Shown here: positions 12,846 to 25,272 of the stretch, piece by piece
Position numbering within the stretch: the stretch's first letter is position 1
Layout: every line of letters starts with the position of its first letter
Assembly: GCA_002189035.1 (NCBI GenBank)
Contig: CM007991.1
Coordinates: 4,402,001-4,466,000 of the forward strand
DNA from: Utricularia gibba
Lineage: Eukaryota; Plantae; Magnoliophyta
DNA length: 64,000 nt
Direction: 5' to 3'
Position numbers and translations under genes: made by a program
The notes under the pieces: generated by a model
What the model saw: only the letters and a program-made list of their open reading frames with translations
Database searches by the model: none
What the model was told of the DNA's origin: nothing

Positions 12846-14112
12846 TGTTAAGTGTCATTTTTTAGTTATTTAGTAGGTATTATTATGTGTTAATTATGTA
12901 TTAAGTCGTCCAATTAGGAATTATATTGATAAGTAATTCATTTTCCTTAGAAAAATTCTATTTTCCTATTTTGTATATATTTTCTGTCTTTTTTCGTGCT
13001 CTTTGACCGACACATGTCAGGAGACAATCGTGGAGTGTTGCAGGAATATTGCAAGAGGTTAGACTTTAACTTTTCGTGCCTTGTGCGCGACTTGGAAAAA
13101 TTATGGGTGGAAGACTGACACTGGTCAAGGCCCCTGACTTACGGCATGTCAGAGTCTGCAGCAATGATTGGGTGCTAACTTGCACGCAAAGGAAAGCTGT
13201 TGACGCACACAAGACAAAAGGAATGATGGGAAGGGTACCAGAAGAAGTTAATGCACGTGGAGAGTGAGATAAAAGCGACTTGGAACACTAGCTTGACAAT
13301 TTTTCCTTTCCACTTTAGCTTTGTACTTAGAACTTTTGAGTTCTTCCTCCCCTCAAGGAGGAAGAACACTTAGCTTTTTTTCGTTTTTGTTTTCATGGCC
13401 CTTTTGGGCTAAACTCTTTAGTTTCTGGGAGTAGATGAAGTTTCTTTCCAAGTCTTGAGCAATACACTCGGTTCTTCGCTGAATTCATTTCGGATTCTAC
13501 ATACTTCCATGCATTTTGTTGCAGTCTTTCTGTAACGACTCTTAGTAAAATCCATGAGTAGCAGGCCACTCCTTACAGATTTTGGTGAAGATCAAGGTGA
13601 AGAGTACCAACTCCAACCCTACCGCGAAAGTGGATAGGTTGTGACCTCGGACCTACCACTGGCCATTGGAAACAGTTGGGCACTCGCGCGCAATTCGGTT
13701 TTGAAGGCAATCGACGGCAATCCTCTTGTCTTCTTAATCGTCCAAGGGGGAATCACATGAGGCTATTCCCGTGCCTCCTTGTCAATCAAAGTTTAAGGGA
13801 GAGTAGGCTATTCCTTGCTCCCATAACCAGATATTTGGAAGAAATCAACGAAAACCGAGGCAAGGATGGACAAAGGAAAGAGACGGAATCTTATTCCCAG
13901 GAACTGCGTCCCGTAGTCAAGGCCCATCACTTAGGTTAAGTTTTATTTCTGGATTTCACAAACCCCTTTTTACAAAACTATGACGTTTTGTAGAAGTTTC
14001 TTACAAAACACTTTTCACGAAAAACAACTCTCTGAGATTGATACTCGTGCTACGCTCTTTTGTGTTTTACATTTTAAATATTTAAAATTTGTTGAGGAAA
14101 CGACACGCAACA
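12846..14112 (+). mobile_element. Solo LTR, family B
   Basis: TGTTAAGTG...CGCAACA termini, exact TSD ATTGG (12841-12845 / 14113-14117), homologous in inverted orientation to 20148-21456 and 63746-64000. Confidence 0.9.
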
Positions 14113-14899
14113 ATTGGCTCGTTGGCATTAGAGGTGCGATAATTTCAAATCAAAATCGTCGGTTCCAATTCTGGTTTGATTCCAAGAGTTCAGTGTTCGT
14201 ACGGTTTCGGTTCTAGTTACGTATATTTCTTTGGAAGACATTGAATTTTCGTATGTACTCAACAGTCAACATACCACATGTAGAATAATTTCTGTATAAA
14301 AATTTAACATATTCGCAAACACTTACATTGGAGCATATGGGTACCTCGATTTCGCAATTTTGTATTTTTGTCGCCCACATTAGTGGATCTAGGTGCATCA
14401 AAATTAGACTAATTATTGACATTTACAGAAGGATTACCCTCTTGGTTTGTGTTGGTTCAACCGAGCAAGTTCCCACTTGAAAACAACAACAATTACTATC
14501 GACAATCTGCCAAAGTAGAGTAATCATTATGCTAATAATTATCTTATGATTTGGTTAATTAAACCAAATTCTCGCACTACCATTGATAACATTACATGTG
14601 TCACTCCCTATTCCCACTCCCCACATTGTCAATTAAGTCAACCCTATTCGCCGCCCCCCCTAATAAGAAAACTTTCTTACTACTTCCCCTAAACCAAAAG
14701 CAATCGACCGCCTCACAATCCCACTGTCTACTTTGAATATTGACTAAAGTAAACAGGGTAATGATTTACCATTTTACTGTGGGTTGCTGAATTATGTTTC
14801 CAATTAAAATACTCTTGTGGAATTGTTGTAATCCGATTTCTCATACAATGGTTATGGGTGTTCGTAGATGAAAACTTGTGAAAAATTAAGAACTAGATC

Positions 14900-15340
14900 T
14901 TGATATTGAATGAATATGAGATTTGGAACAAAAAATCTGATGAATTGAATGAGAGTGAACTTCCAACCCGTGTGGGTTCAATGAGATTTGCCTTGAGCAC
15001 GGAGCATTTTCGTTGTGATTTGCACTTACCATTATTGCCATTTTTAGAAGAGATATTAGAATGTTTAGAGATTATTTTGTCTCATTTGACTCCAAGATGT
15101 ATTTCACATGTGTTGGCCTTTGTGATTATTTGCGAGGAGTTGTCTCTTGAGGTGGAGCTTCGTTATTTCTTTGTTGTGAGTATAGACACAAACCACTATA
15201 CACTAAAGGGGAAAAAAGGGTTGATGCTGGTGAAAGAAGTGAGAAAAGAATTTGAAGAATGGTGAACAAGTTTTATTTGGATACGTTCTCCAATGAAACC
15301 CAAGTTTTCTCAAACGCACCCCATTTCTAGCGAAGTAGGT
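14900..15340 (+). pseudogene. Transposase_28 (PF04195)-like domain fragment
   Basis: DLHLPLLPFLEEILECLEIILSHLTPRCISHVLAFVIICEEL followed by EEW*TSFIWIR resembles the recalled pattern GLRxPLHPF..L..L.I.P.QL.PN....L..F..LC...W...FF.VR. Motif recall only. Confidence 0.55.
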
Positions 15341-15785
15341 AGGTGAAAGGTCAATCTTTCATTGTATAGTTAGAAGAAATGTTAATAAAAATATTCTGTA
15401 TTTTTATTTCTCTACTCTTATTATAAAATTTGATACCTTGCACAAGAGCAATGCACAAGATCTTATACTGCTCTTCTCAAGTATGCAAAAGAATTTTAGT
15501 GACATTTTAACACTCTTTGTGGATGCACTAGGGACACAATGTTACTGGCGTGGTGTGTTGAAGAACCCTAGAGCTCCTAAGAAAAATAAAGATGCATCTA
15601 GGGATGGGAGGACACAAGATGCTAATGATATTGAAGGGGATGAGCACATATATGATCTTAATGATTTGGACGATAGACTTGCATTCATAACAAAGGAGAA
15701 TGAAGAGTTTCGCTACATGTTGGATTGGTATGAGAGTTGTTGGGTGTATACTGAACCCTCTTTGAGTGCCTCTGAGCCACAATGA

Positions 15786-16640
15786 AAGTTGATTATCTTG
15801 GACATAAATTGTACGCTTGTAGACATCGTATATAGGACTGGACCGTCAAGGTCACAAAGCCCTCTAGAAAAAATCATATATAGCCGATCAGATACCTTAA
15901 AACAACACTTATTTTTATGTGTTATATGCATTAACACTTTGTGAGATATCATAAATAGTTTTTGGCATAATTTATGCAGTCTTTCTATGTACATATGCTC
16001 GTGACTTTATTAGGTGGTATTTGAATAATTTTGATGTAGCCTTATGGTCATTTCGTGATGGGTACATGCGCTGCATCTTTTTTTTATGGTATTTAGAATT
16101 GTGAAAATACCATACAAATGCTTTTTTTGTAATGAATAGTTACAAGCAATCACTAAATGAGTTTTTCAACCTTCGTTATTCGATAAACATATTTTCGTGT
16201 AGGACCAACCGATGACTACAGACATAGGTGTACGTGTTCACAACAATCTAAGCAGCATGGTCTACATGAAGGAGTTGAGTCGTGTAGGAGCTGTGAAAAA
16301 TGGGTTGAATACAAGGTATAATTGTTACAATACCCTATTGATTGATGACTCAGTCCACAAGTCAATGAAAAATCGGGTAAGTCATTTTGGCTATTCTCAT
16401 TTAGCATACACTTGGTTATATATTAAAACTAAACTTTCATTTTTCAGGAAAATAATGTTATTTTTTCAAGACCCTATTTGTATACCAATAGTGATGATGC
16501 ATTACTAAATATTGATGGTGAGATACGAACTTTCCTTTTAAATGCTACGGTATGCTCATTATATTCTAAGCGAATAGGACAGCCCCCCATATGTGAGGGA
16601 TATGTCTTATGGGATTATTATGTATGCCTACGTGATAGAT
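15786..16640 (+). pseudogene. FCP1-homology / NIF (HAD-like phosphatase) domain gene fragment, spliced
   Basis: KLIILDINCTLVDIV; FLCTYARDFIRWYLNNFDVALWSFR; DQPMTTDIG..VYMKELSRV..YNTLLIDDSVHKSMKNR|gtaagt; GQPPICEGYVLWDYY. These are collinear with the plant C1271.03c-like FCP1 family and separated by GT-AG introns. Confidence 0.7.
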
Positions 16641-18889
16641 AGAGGCAGCCTCTAAAAGACAATTATGTCGTTGTTAGGATTAAATTTGTCGTATACCCAT
16701 TTTAATCCTATGAAATATATTCCAGTGAATAGTGATACGCGAGATCAATTCCGAGGCACTCATAATGATTTCTAGGGGTGCCTCTGATCACTTCTGAACA
16801 CGCATAAAGACTGTTAAGTGTGCTTGAGCAGTGTATTCTTTATGGTTGTGGTTGTCAAATTGCCAGGCACTCATATCCATTTTTTAGTGTGCTTAAGATC
16901 TTCTCTGAACACCCTTAACGACTATTAAGAGTGTCTGGAAACGGTTCCGCAAAATAGGTGTGATGTGATGTTAATTTTATAAATCTAATTTATTTAATCT
17001 TTTTTACTTTTGGTATCCAACATAGATAAAGTTTAGAAAAATACATAATATTTATAAGAGATTATATAAAATCTATCTATTTAAATGTAAAATATATATA
17101 AAAAAAATTTATTTGTTTTATAAGATTTGTAATATTGTTGTATTTATTTCAAAAAATTTAATTTTAACATATTGATTTTCAAATGTTGATATTTTACAAA
17201 GTATTCTAAACTAAGGTATTTTATAAATTAACATAATATATTCTATGAAATATGAAAATTAATATTATTAAATATATCGTTTGCTAATATCAAAATATAC
17301 AAAATTAAAAATTATTAAAAACTTCACTATCAGATACCCAAAATGGTTCATATGGGTGTCTGGAAAACGTATCCAAATAATAACCGATTGGTTTCGATTA
17401 TAGTTCGGTTCAAGGTTAATAGTTCTTGGTTTCAACTGAAATCATCTATATGATTTTGGTTTCAGTTCAGTTCAAGGTTTTGGAATTTGGTTCCAAACCG
17501 AAACCGAAACCATGATCCATGGAAAATTGTGGTTTTGGAACCGTCGATTCGCTGGAATCATGCGGTTCCAAACCAAAACCATATGGTTCAGAACTAATCG
17601 CATCACTAGTTGACATTTTATTACCTCATTTTGTTAATGCTATTTGACAGCTGCTATTACATTGGTGTAATAGATTCCATAAAATTCTATTGTTGTTTTA
17701 GATTGGTTTTACTGTGCTATTATTTAGTAACTCCATGCTACTTTGATCCCAGAGTTTTTCTTTCGTGTATCCAAGATATGGGGCGGTACAATCGGTTATG
17801 ATATCATGAATTGTCTTTTAGCATTTATTGTTTAATTGGCCTTCATGATTTTCCCTTGCATGTGATATTAAAGCTTGACAGAGTGGTTAAGAAGCAATAA
17901 ACATGCACCCCAACTTTGAGGCGTGCTAGCCGAGATTCAGTTCTCATATTCATTTCTTTGATCATTTGGTGCAATGAAAGAAGATGAGCCTTGCCCCCTT
18001 CTCAAACTCCAGATGCTTCATTTCTACTTCAATGTGACGGTACACAATAACAAGATGAGTTCCATGTTGTCTTGGACCTCTACAATGAAACGAACGTAAT
18101 TAATAAATACCATATTTATCAACATCGAAGATCAAGGAAGAACAATAAAAAACCAAAATTGTTTAATTTTCTCATACAAATAGTTGATTAGTATTAACTA
18201 AATAATATTACAGGTGCATCATTAAGGCAATGGTGTACACATGTCTGATGCACTGTCTTGACCACCCCAATCCTTACTTGAATCACTGCTTTTAAAATGA
18301 AATGTATAGTAAAATTTTAGAAGAAGGGACTCCATGGCACTACCATTCTGCACACAATACACATTCGATTTAAATCTTGGAATTTTGAATTATTTTTTGT
18401 TGGAAGCATGGTCCTTGTTCATGCAAAAGACCCAACTTCATTTTCAACGTAAAAAAGCTGAAGAGCTTCCTCAAGCTTCCAGCTAGTTGCTCGAAAAAGT
18501 AATTTTACCATAAAAAAATCATAAAATTCGATCTGATGTTTTAACAACTAAAGATCGTAAACATGTAATTTGAGAATGCATTAGGTTAAAAAATATTAGA
18601 AATAATTCTTCATAAAGAACATTAACTTCTTACTTACTAGTTGCTCGTTCATCATTATAAAAATTTCACAGAATAAAAACCCAATAAATCATTGATTCCA
18701 TCAAAGTTTGTGAATTTGAAATGGTAAAATGCATAGAAAAAAAATATGGTGACAATAGATGAATAATTTAAGAAATTGCATTGAGATGAATAAACTACAA
18801 ACATACACCATAACATTAAATGACCTAAAAATATAAGACAATTATCTTGTATCTAACCATTCAAGATACATAACACATACAAGCTCATC

Positions 18890-21480
18890 TCAGAATGCAC
18901 TCCATTCATTGGTGTTCTCCATGTTTGTTACAAATTCCAAACCTTCACCTTGTTGTCCACTTGAACCAACATTACAATAGTCATCGGGAACATCGGCTTC
19001 ATATGGATCAACACTCATTTCTCGACGAATGAAATTGTGAAGCAAAGCACAAGCATTTATCATCTTTACTTGAATCTTGGTAGGATAAAGAGAGGAGGAT
19101 TGCAGCGCGCCCATTGTTTCTTCATAATACTTCATGTCCTTTCGACCACATTATGAGCTTTAGCATGTCGCATATTAAAGTATTCTTTCTCATCTTGTGT
19201 TGTTTGATTACCTTTGCCCCAATCTTTAAGTGGTATCTTACACTTCTATATGGAGTTAAAATAACTTCACTATTTGTATATCCATTATCTGCCAAGTAGT
19301 AATAATCTTCATAGAATGTATAAACTAAACATTGCTGCTTTGATTTAAAATTTTAGATTTTAGTAAACTAATTTCTAGGCACACGAAAAGGAATTGTACG
19401 GGTTATAGCATCCTGTGAAACTCGGCCATTTGTTGTAGAGCCTTCCCATTCGACTAGTAAGTATATGAAGCACATGTTGTAGTCACATACTCGCAACACA
19501 TTGGTTGAAATTGATCCTTTTGCATCTGATACCATAGTTTATCGGTTGTTTTTACTATAACATCAATGTATGTGCCGTCTTTTACACTGCAACAATTCTA
19601 GATTGTTAAAAAAAATAGAAAGTATTACATAGTTGATATTACCTTATGTAATTAAAAGAGCATAAACCTCGAAATGATTGAAATTTGGAGAGCCATTATT
19701 GCTATTGCTAAGGTTTGGTTTAATCAACAATTGACCATGTAACTTAAGAACACATCTCAATATTTCATTAAAATAAATGCTACAAGTAGCCATGGAACAT
19801 TAAAAATCAAATTTTTGTGTTCTAATATTTTTATGATGAGCTAAAACATCAAGAAAAAGTTATACATTTTCTTCAATAGAAATCCATCTAGATTCCTTCA
19901 ACCCACAATAATAACACAAGAAAACACAAAATTATCCAAAACATCCTGACTTAGACGCAAATTCTTGCATGCTACCCCCCCCTCCCCCCAACATCACTAA
20001 CCAAATTGGAAAAATAATTAACTTGTTTCTCACATCCACCCAAAAGCAAATAATTTCAATTCTTCACTGCTTGTAATGTTTCCAATGCAAGTAGCAAGTG
20101 AATCGAAAAATAGTTACCTGAAGGAAAATTGCTCGAGCGACAAGAAGTGTTGCATGTCGTTTCCTCAACAAATTTTAAATATTTTAAAACGTAAAACACT
20201 AGAAAGCGTAGTACGAGTATCGATCTCAGGGAGTTGTTTTTTGTGAAAAGGGTTTGCAAGCAACTTCTACAAAATGTCATGGTTTTGTAAAAGGGGGTTT
20301 TTAAGATGCAGAAATGAAAGATACAACCTAAGTAATGGGCCTTGACTACGGGACGCAGTTCCTGGGAATAAGACTCCATCTCCTTCCTTTGTACGTCCTT
20401 GCCTCGGTTTTCACTGATTTCTTCCGAATAGCTAGTTATAGGAGCAAGGAATAGCCTACTCTCCCTTACACTCTGATTGACAAGGAGGCACGTGAATAGC
20501 TTCATGTGATTCCCCCTTGGACAATTAGGAAGACAAGAGGATTGCCTTCGATTACCTTCAAAACCGAATTGTGCGCGTGTGCCGAGCTGTTGCCAATGGC
20601 CAGTGGTAGGTCCGAGGTCACAACCTGTCCACTGTCGCGGTACCAAGACCACAAACAATCTGCTACTTCCCTCGAACCAGCAGGGTTGGAGTTAGTGCTC
20701 TTCACCTTGATCTTCACCAAAATCCGCGAGAAGTGGCCTGCTACTCATGGACCTTGACTAAGAGTCGTTACAGAAAGACTGCAACAAGATCCGTGGAAGT
20801 GTGCGGAATCCGAATTGAATTCAGTGCAGAACCGAGTGTATTGCTCAGAACTTGGAAGGAAACTTCATCTACTTCCCAGAAACTAAAGGTTTTTAGCCCG
20901 AAAGGGCCATAGAAATAGAAACGAAAAGAAAGCTAAGTGTTCTTCCTTCTTGAGGGGAGGAAGAACCTAAAAGTTCTAAGTACAAAGGAAAATGTTCAAA
21001 AGTTATCAACTAAGTTCTCCAAGTGGCTTTTATATGACTTCCCACGTGCATTAACTCTTTTGGGTCCCCTTCCCATCATTCCTTCTGTCTTGCGTGCGCC
21101 AGCAGTCTTTCTTTGCGTGCAAGTTTGCACCCAATAATTGCTGCAGACTCTGACATGCCGTAAGTCATGGGCCTTGACCAGTGTCAATCTTCGGCCCACA
21201 ATCATTCCAACTCGCGTACAAGGCGCGAGAACTCAGAGTCTGACCACCTGCAATACTCCTGCAACACTCCTAACAGTCTCCTGACATGCCTCGGTCAAAG
21301 TGTGAGAAAAAAAAGCATAAAATATACACAAAATGGGAAAATAGGAATTTTCTAGTAAAAATCAAATAATTAATAATAAGAATCCTAATTGGGCGACTTA
21401 ACACTTTATTAATACATAATAATACCTAAATAATAACTAGAAAATGACACTTAACAAGAAGTATTAGCATCTTCTTATGG
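18890..21480 (-). pseudogene. Harbinger (HARBI1-like, DDE_Tnp_4) transposase, interrupted by solo LTR 20148-21456
   Basis: ISIEENV.LFLDVLAHHKNIR, DGTYIDV, YYLADNGYTN..ILTPYRSVRYHLKDW, FNMRHAKAHNVVERT, ACALLHNFIRREM. Confidence 0.85.
20148..21456 (-). mobile_element. Solo LTR, family B, inverted
   Basis: TGTTGCATG...CACTTAACA termini, exact TSD AGAAG (20143-20147 / 21457-21461); ORF-track peptides nearly duplicate those of 12846-14112. Confidence 0.9.
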
Positions 21481-21812
21481 AACTTAGGGGCTACACTCAA
21501 AATCTTTGGTCAAAATGGAACTTGTTACAAACCCTAGATTCGAATTCCCCCAAATCGCATACACAAAAGAATATGCAAAAGAATAGATGATAAAAAATGA
21601 AGATGAATGTGGGAGAAAGATAAGGTTAGTTTGGGCAAATCATATCATGGGAATAGGTAAATTAAGGGGATGTCTACTTTATATAAACCCACCAAGAAGG
21701 GTTTATCAAATCCATGTATCAACCGGGATATATAAACCCGCCAATTAAACAAAGTACTATGTAATACCTATTAATTAATTCCCCCTTATACCCCCAACTA
21801 AACGGTGCCTTA

Positions 21813-23110
21813 GAGTATTATGCACCGGTAGCTAAAGTGGTGATCATTCAGTTGCTAATTGCTATGGCTGCTACCAAAGGTTATTTTTTACATCAATTGG
21901 ATATTAATAATGCCTTTTTACATAGTTCCCTTGATGAAAAGGTTTATATGAAGTTACCTAATGGTTATCCAAGAACATCTCCCAACCAAGTATGTCTACT
22001 TAAGAAGTCCATTTATGGGCTCAGCAAACCTCTCGTCAATGGAACATAGAGCTGACCAGGTATCTTTTGCAAAAAAAATTTATTCAATCCTATGCTGATC
22101 CATGCTTGTTCACATGCATCTCGGCTGATTCATTCTTGGCCTTAGTGGTTTATGTGGATGATATCTTGGTAGCTGGATCTTGTTTGTCTTCAAATGCTCA
22201 AGGATGGATTAAATACTGTCTTTACAATAAAGGATCTAGGAGAAGCTTGTTTCTCTCTTGGTAATGAGATATGTAGAGCCCATGTGGGCATTCATTTGAG
22301 TCAACGGAAATACATACTTGCCATCTTGCATGATTTTGAGAAGCATATATCTAACCCTATTGACACCTAATTACCAAGAAATCCCAAGTTCTTATGCTTT
22401 GTTGATGATTTAGTTGTGAATGTGGATATGATACACACGTTCGGACCTCGCATTTGTAGTTCAACAACTTAGTCAATTCATGCAAAATGCGAAAGTCTTT
22501 CATTGAGAGGGTGCACATCAAGTCTTGAGATATCTGAATGCTCACATCAACCTTGACATTTATTATCCATCTACTACTACTTCTGAGAAAGGGCTACCTT
22601 CATCTGAAAATAAGTTTGTTGTTTATGTGGATGCTAATTGAGGAGCATGCATTGACACTAGAAAATCAATTAGTGGATATTGTTTTTTTATGGGAGAATG
22701 TTTGATTTCTTGGGGAACCAAGAAGCAACCCACTGTCTCTAGATCGTCCACATAAGCTAACTATTGCACTCTAGGATTGACATCAATTGAGGTGTTTTGG
22801 GTCTCCTACTTGGCGCATGATTTGAAGATATCTTTTCCACGACCAGTCACACTATGGTGTGATAGTTAATCAGCAATTCATATCATGAAGAATCCCATGT
22901 TTTATGAAAGAACTAAGCACTTAGACATTGATTGTCATTTGGTTAGAGATTTATACAACATCGGATTTCTGGCTCCAGCACATCTGTCCTCTAATTTGCA
23001 AATTGATGACTGTTTTATCAAGAGCTTAATGACTGCTGCATTTCACAGTATTATGAACAAGCTTGAACTATGTCCTGTTACAACAATTCAAACCAAAGAG
23101 ATAGTAACAT
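21813..23110 (+). pseudogene. Copia RT (C-terminal part) and RNase H
   Basis: [85 protein letters not shown]. Confidence 0.9.
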
Positions 23111-23135
23111 TACATAGGATAGGAGATTTGTAGGA

Positions 23136-23185
23136 TGTTATGAAATAGTTTCCTTTTTTTTATTGTATTTATCAATTGTAAAGTT
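23136..23185 (+). repeat. Truncated copia 3' LTR
   Basis: TGTTATGAAATAGTTTC..GTATTTATCAATTGTAAAGTT matches the start of the 8169 LTR; similarity stops after ~50 bp. Confidence 0.75.
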
Positions 23186-23499
23186 TACTATGCGAAAGCT
23201 AACCAAGCACTACTTGGATATGTATCTAGGTTGGGCTTAGATGGATCATATATTCACTTGAACACCATTTTTCGTCATTGCGGATGCTTCATTGCACTTA
23301 TAAAGGGAGATTACTTATAGGAAACACCATGTTGCATAAGATTGAGTGCTTTAGATAACTTGTAAGGATCTGCATGTAACACAATACCAAATAATATTGT
23401 ATTTAGTCTTCATCTTTTTTTAAAAAAAAATTAGACTTCTTTGTAAAGGTTTAATATGTTGTGCAATTGTTAATTATGATGGGTAATTAACTTCTTTTA

Positions 23500-23800
23500 C
23501 ATACAATGATGACACCTGAAAATTCATCCTTCCTAAAAAAAGAGTGCAATAATCTTGCATTTTAACCTTCCCCTTCTATTATATGTTATTGAGCAACACC
23601 ATATATGTAGACTCCCAATACACAAGATCCATCTCCTGTCTTTCTATGTCAACTCAGTATTTTTTGTAGATGTTGATGTGTTGTAAACTACGCACCCTCT
23701 TGTCAATTCTGGAAGCATACACAATGTGGGATAAATTGTCTAACGAAACCTCGAACTTCAAACATCTGGAAAAGGTTGGCAACATGGGCTTTGCCATGAA
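23500..23800 (-). pseudogene. Possible FAR1/MULE transposase SWIM-region remnant
   Basis: Degenerate QMFEVRGF....H....ILS*HRKD resembles CxMFExRGILCRH..YILxRWRKD. Heavily decayed. Confidence 0.35.
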
Positions 23801-24849
23801 CAATGACTACTTTTGGTGTGGGTTGTGATTGTCTCCACCCCCATTCTTTGCACAAACCTTGGCTGCACTATACATCTCACTATCAAGCTTGACTTTATAG
23901 TTTATGGCTCACATTATTGCATTTTTAAAGCTCTACTAAGAAAAGGCTATAGCTGCAAAACTACACATCTTTTTTGTGTTGTTCTTGTCTGTGAAGTGCA
24001 AAGGAAGATCTCACTATTATTTACATGAAAATCAGGTGTTATGTTAGTGATGAACATTAGAAATGCCTATGACGACAAATGTACTAGTTTGGTGTGAGTG
24101 TGCCCACAAACTAATCCACTATGATTTTAGAAAGTTCACAAAGTCTACCAGCAAAAAAATAAATGACAAATGTTTTAAGTTCTAGGATTAGAGGCAAGAC
24201 TACGAACAATAAATTTTCTTTCATAGAACTGGAACTAATCATTTTTTATAAAGTAAAACATCGCATGGTAGATAATTATAGAAGCATACCTTTGATGAGG
24301 TCTTCAACCATAGGTTACTTCTTGATCACTTCTCAAGCTTGCTGAACTATTGTTGACTCCAAACGACACAACTCCACACAAATCTGCATATTCAGCTCAT
24401 CTGTTTTCCATCAGAACTACATTGAGTCGTTAAACACCCTCAGCCCTCATCTTCTTCTCCTAGGACTCCTCGAAAAGTCGATACTGTTGTGTAACTTGGA
24501 GTCCATATTCTTTAGAGTGATGCTAACAGCCTACACATTACAAGGAAATTGGTCATTAGGTGTATCAGCATATAGGAAGTTCATTTTTTGTCCCTTGATA
24601 ATTGGATCGATGGGGTAATTTGAATGAGTCGAAGATACATTTGCACTCTCTCCAACCTCTTATATAAATTTTCTCTTCCTAGTCGCATCTATCAAGGTAG
24701 TGGAATTATCTCTGATAGTCAATCCTTTCCAAACAACTTCGTCAACTCCACATAATAGAGCCACAGTTTGTATCGTAACATGCACAACCTTGATACATAC
24801 TACAATAAGCACACAATCGAAACCAATTTAACAAATTAACGAACAATAG

Positions 24850-25191
24850 ATGTATACTTGTTCAATCTTGTTCCAGATTTCATTATTGGAATCAATGGTG
24901 TTGGTTACTTTGTTAAAATCAGTGTCTTAACTAGCTAAAAAATCCACAAAGGGTGGTAGTCTTTTTTCCATGTATGCGCTTTACTTGATAAATGTGGATG
25001 TTAGTTTTTGGGCGACAATTCAAGAATACTGATTGCACCACTTGATGATATCCACCTCTAAAATCATTTTTGACCTTCAAACCCTCTTTCATTATGTACT
25101 TCAGAATTTGTAAGAGGTCCTTCTTCTCCTTAGGATTCCAAGATTGCTTTGTTGTTTTGTTACATTCTTTAATAAATTTTAGTTTAAGCAT
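24850..25191 (-). pseudogene. Second Harbinger-type Myb/SANT ORF remnant
   Basis: KQSWNPKEKKDLLQILKYIMKEGLKVKNDFRGGY..PKTNI has the same pattern as the ORF at 11860. Confidence 0.55.
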
Positions 25192-25272
25192 CTTTATGAT
25201 CTACAAAAGGGAATAAAGAAGCAAAAACAAGGGATTTAGGGAGTGATAACATACAATACTGTAACCTTCAAT

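Larger units (their letters stand above)
14129..17608. mobile_element. Non-autonomous hAT-type element (3.5 kb) carrying gene fragments
   Basis: TIRs TAGAGGTGCGATAATTTC / GAACTAATCGCATCACTA (14/18), 8-bp TSD GTTGGCAT / GTTGACAT, GGTTC/AACCG-rich subterminal arrays at both ends, no transposase. Confidence 0.75.
11489..21809. mobile_element. PIF/Harbinger DNA transposon (Myb/SANT ORF plus DDE transposase, convergent); ~4.25 kb after removing three nested insertions
   Basis: TIRs GGAAGTGTTTAGTTG / CAACTAAACGGTGCC, TTA TSD (11486-11488 / 21810-21812), both Harbinger ORFs present. Confidence 0.9.
8169..23185 (+). mobile_element. Degenerate Ty1/copia retrotransposon (short LTR, Ale-like by inference) with a 10.3-kb nested insertion; ~4.7 kb without it
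   Basis: The LTR start TGTTATGAAATAGTTTC at 8169 recurs at 23136 after a purine-rich tract. Domain order is gag-PR-INT-RT-RH, and the RT frame DYL|EYYAPVAK rejoins across 11488/21813. Confidence 0.9.

Noticed and set aside
13076-14216. Repeated ORFs (13676-13939, 20056-20658, 63678-63977) as a multicopy gene
   Set aside because: They lie inside family-B LTR copies, so the similarity reflects LTR homology.
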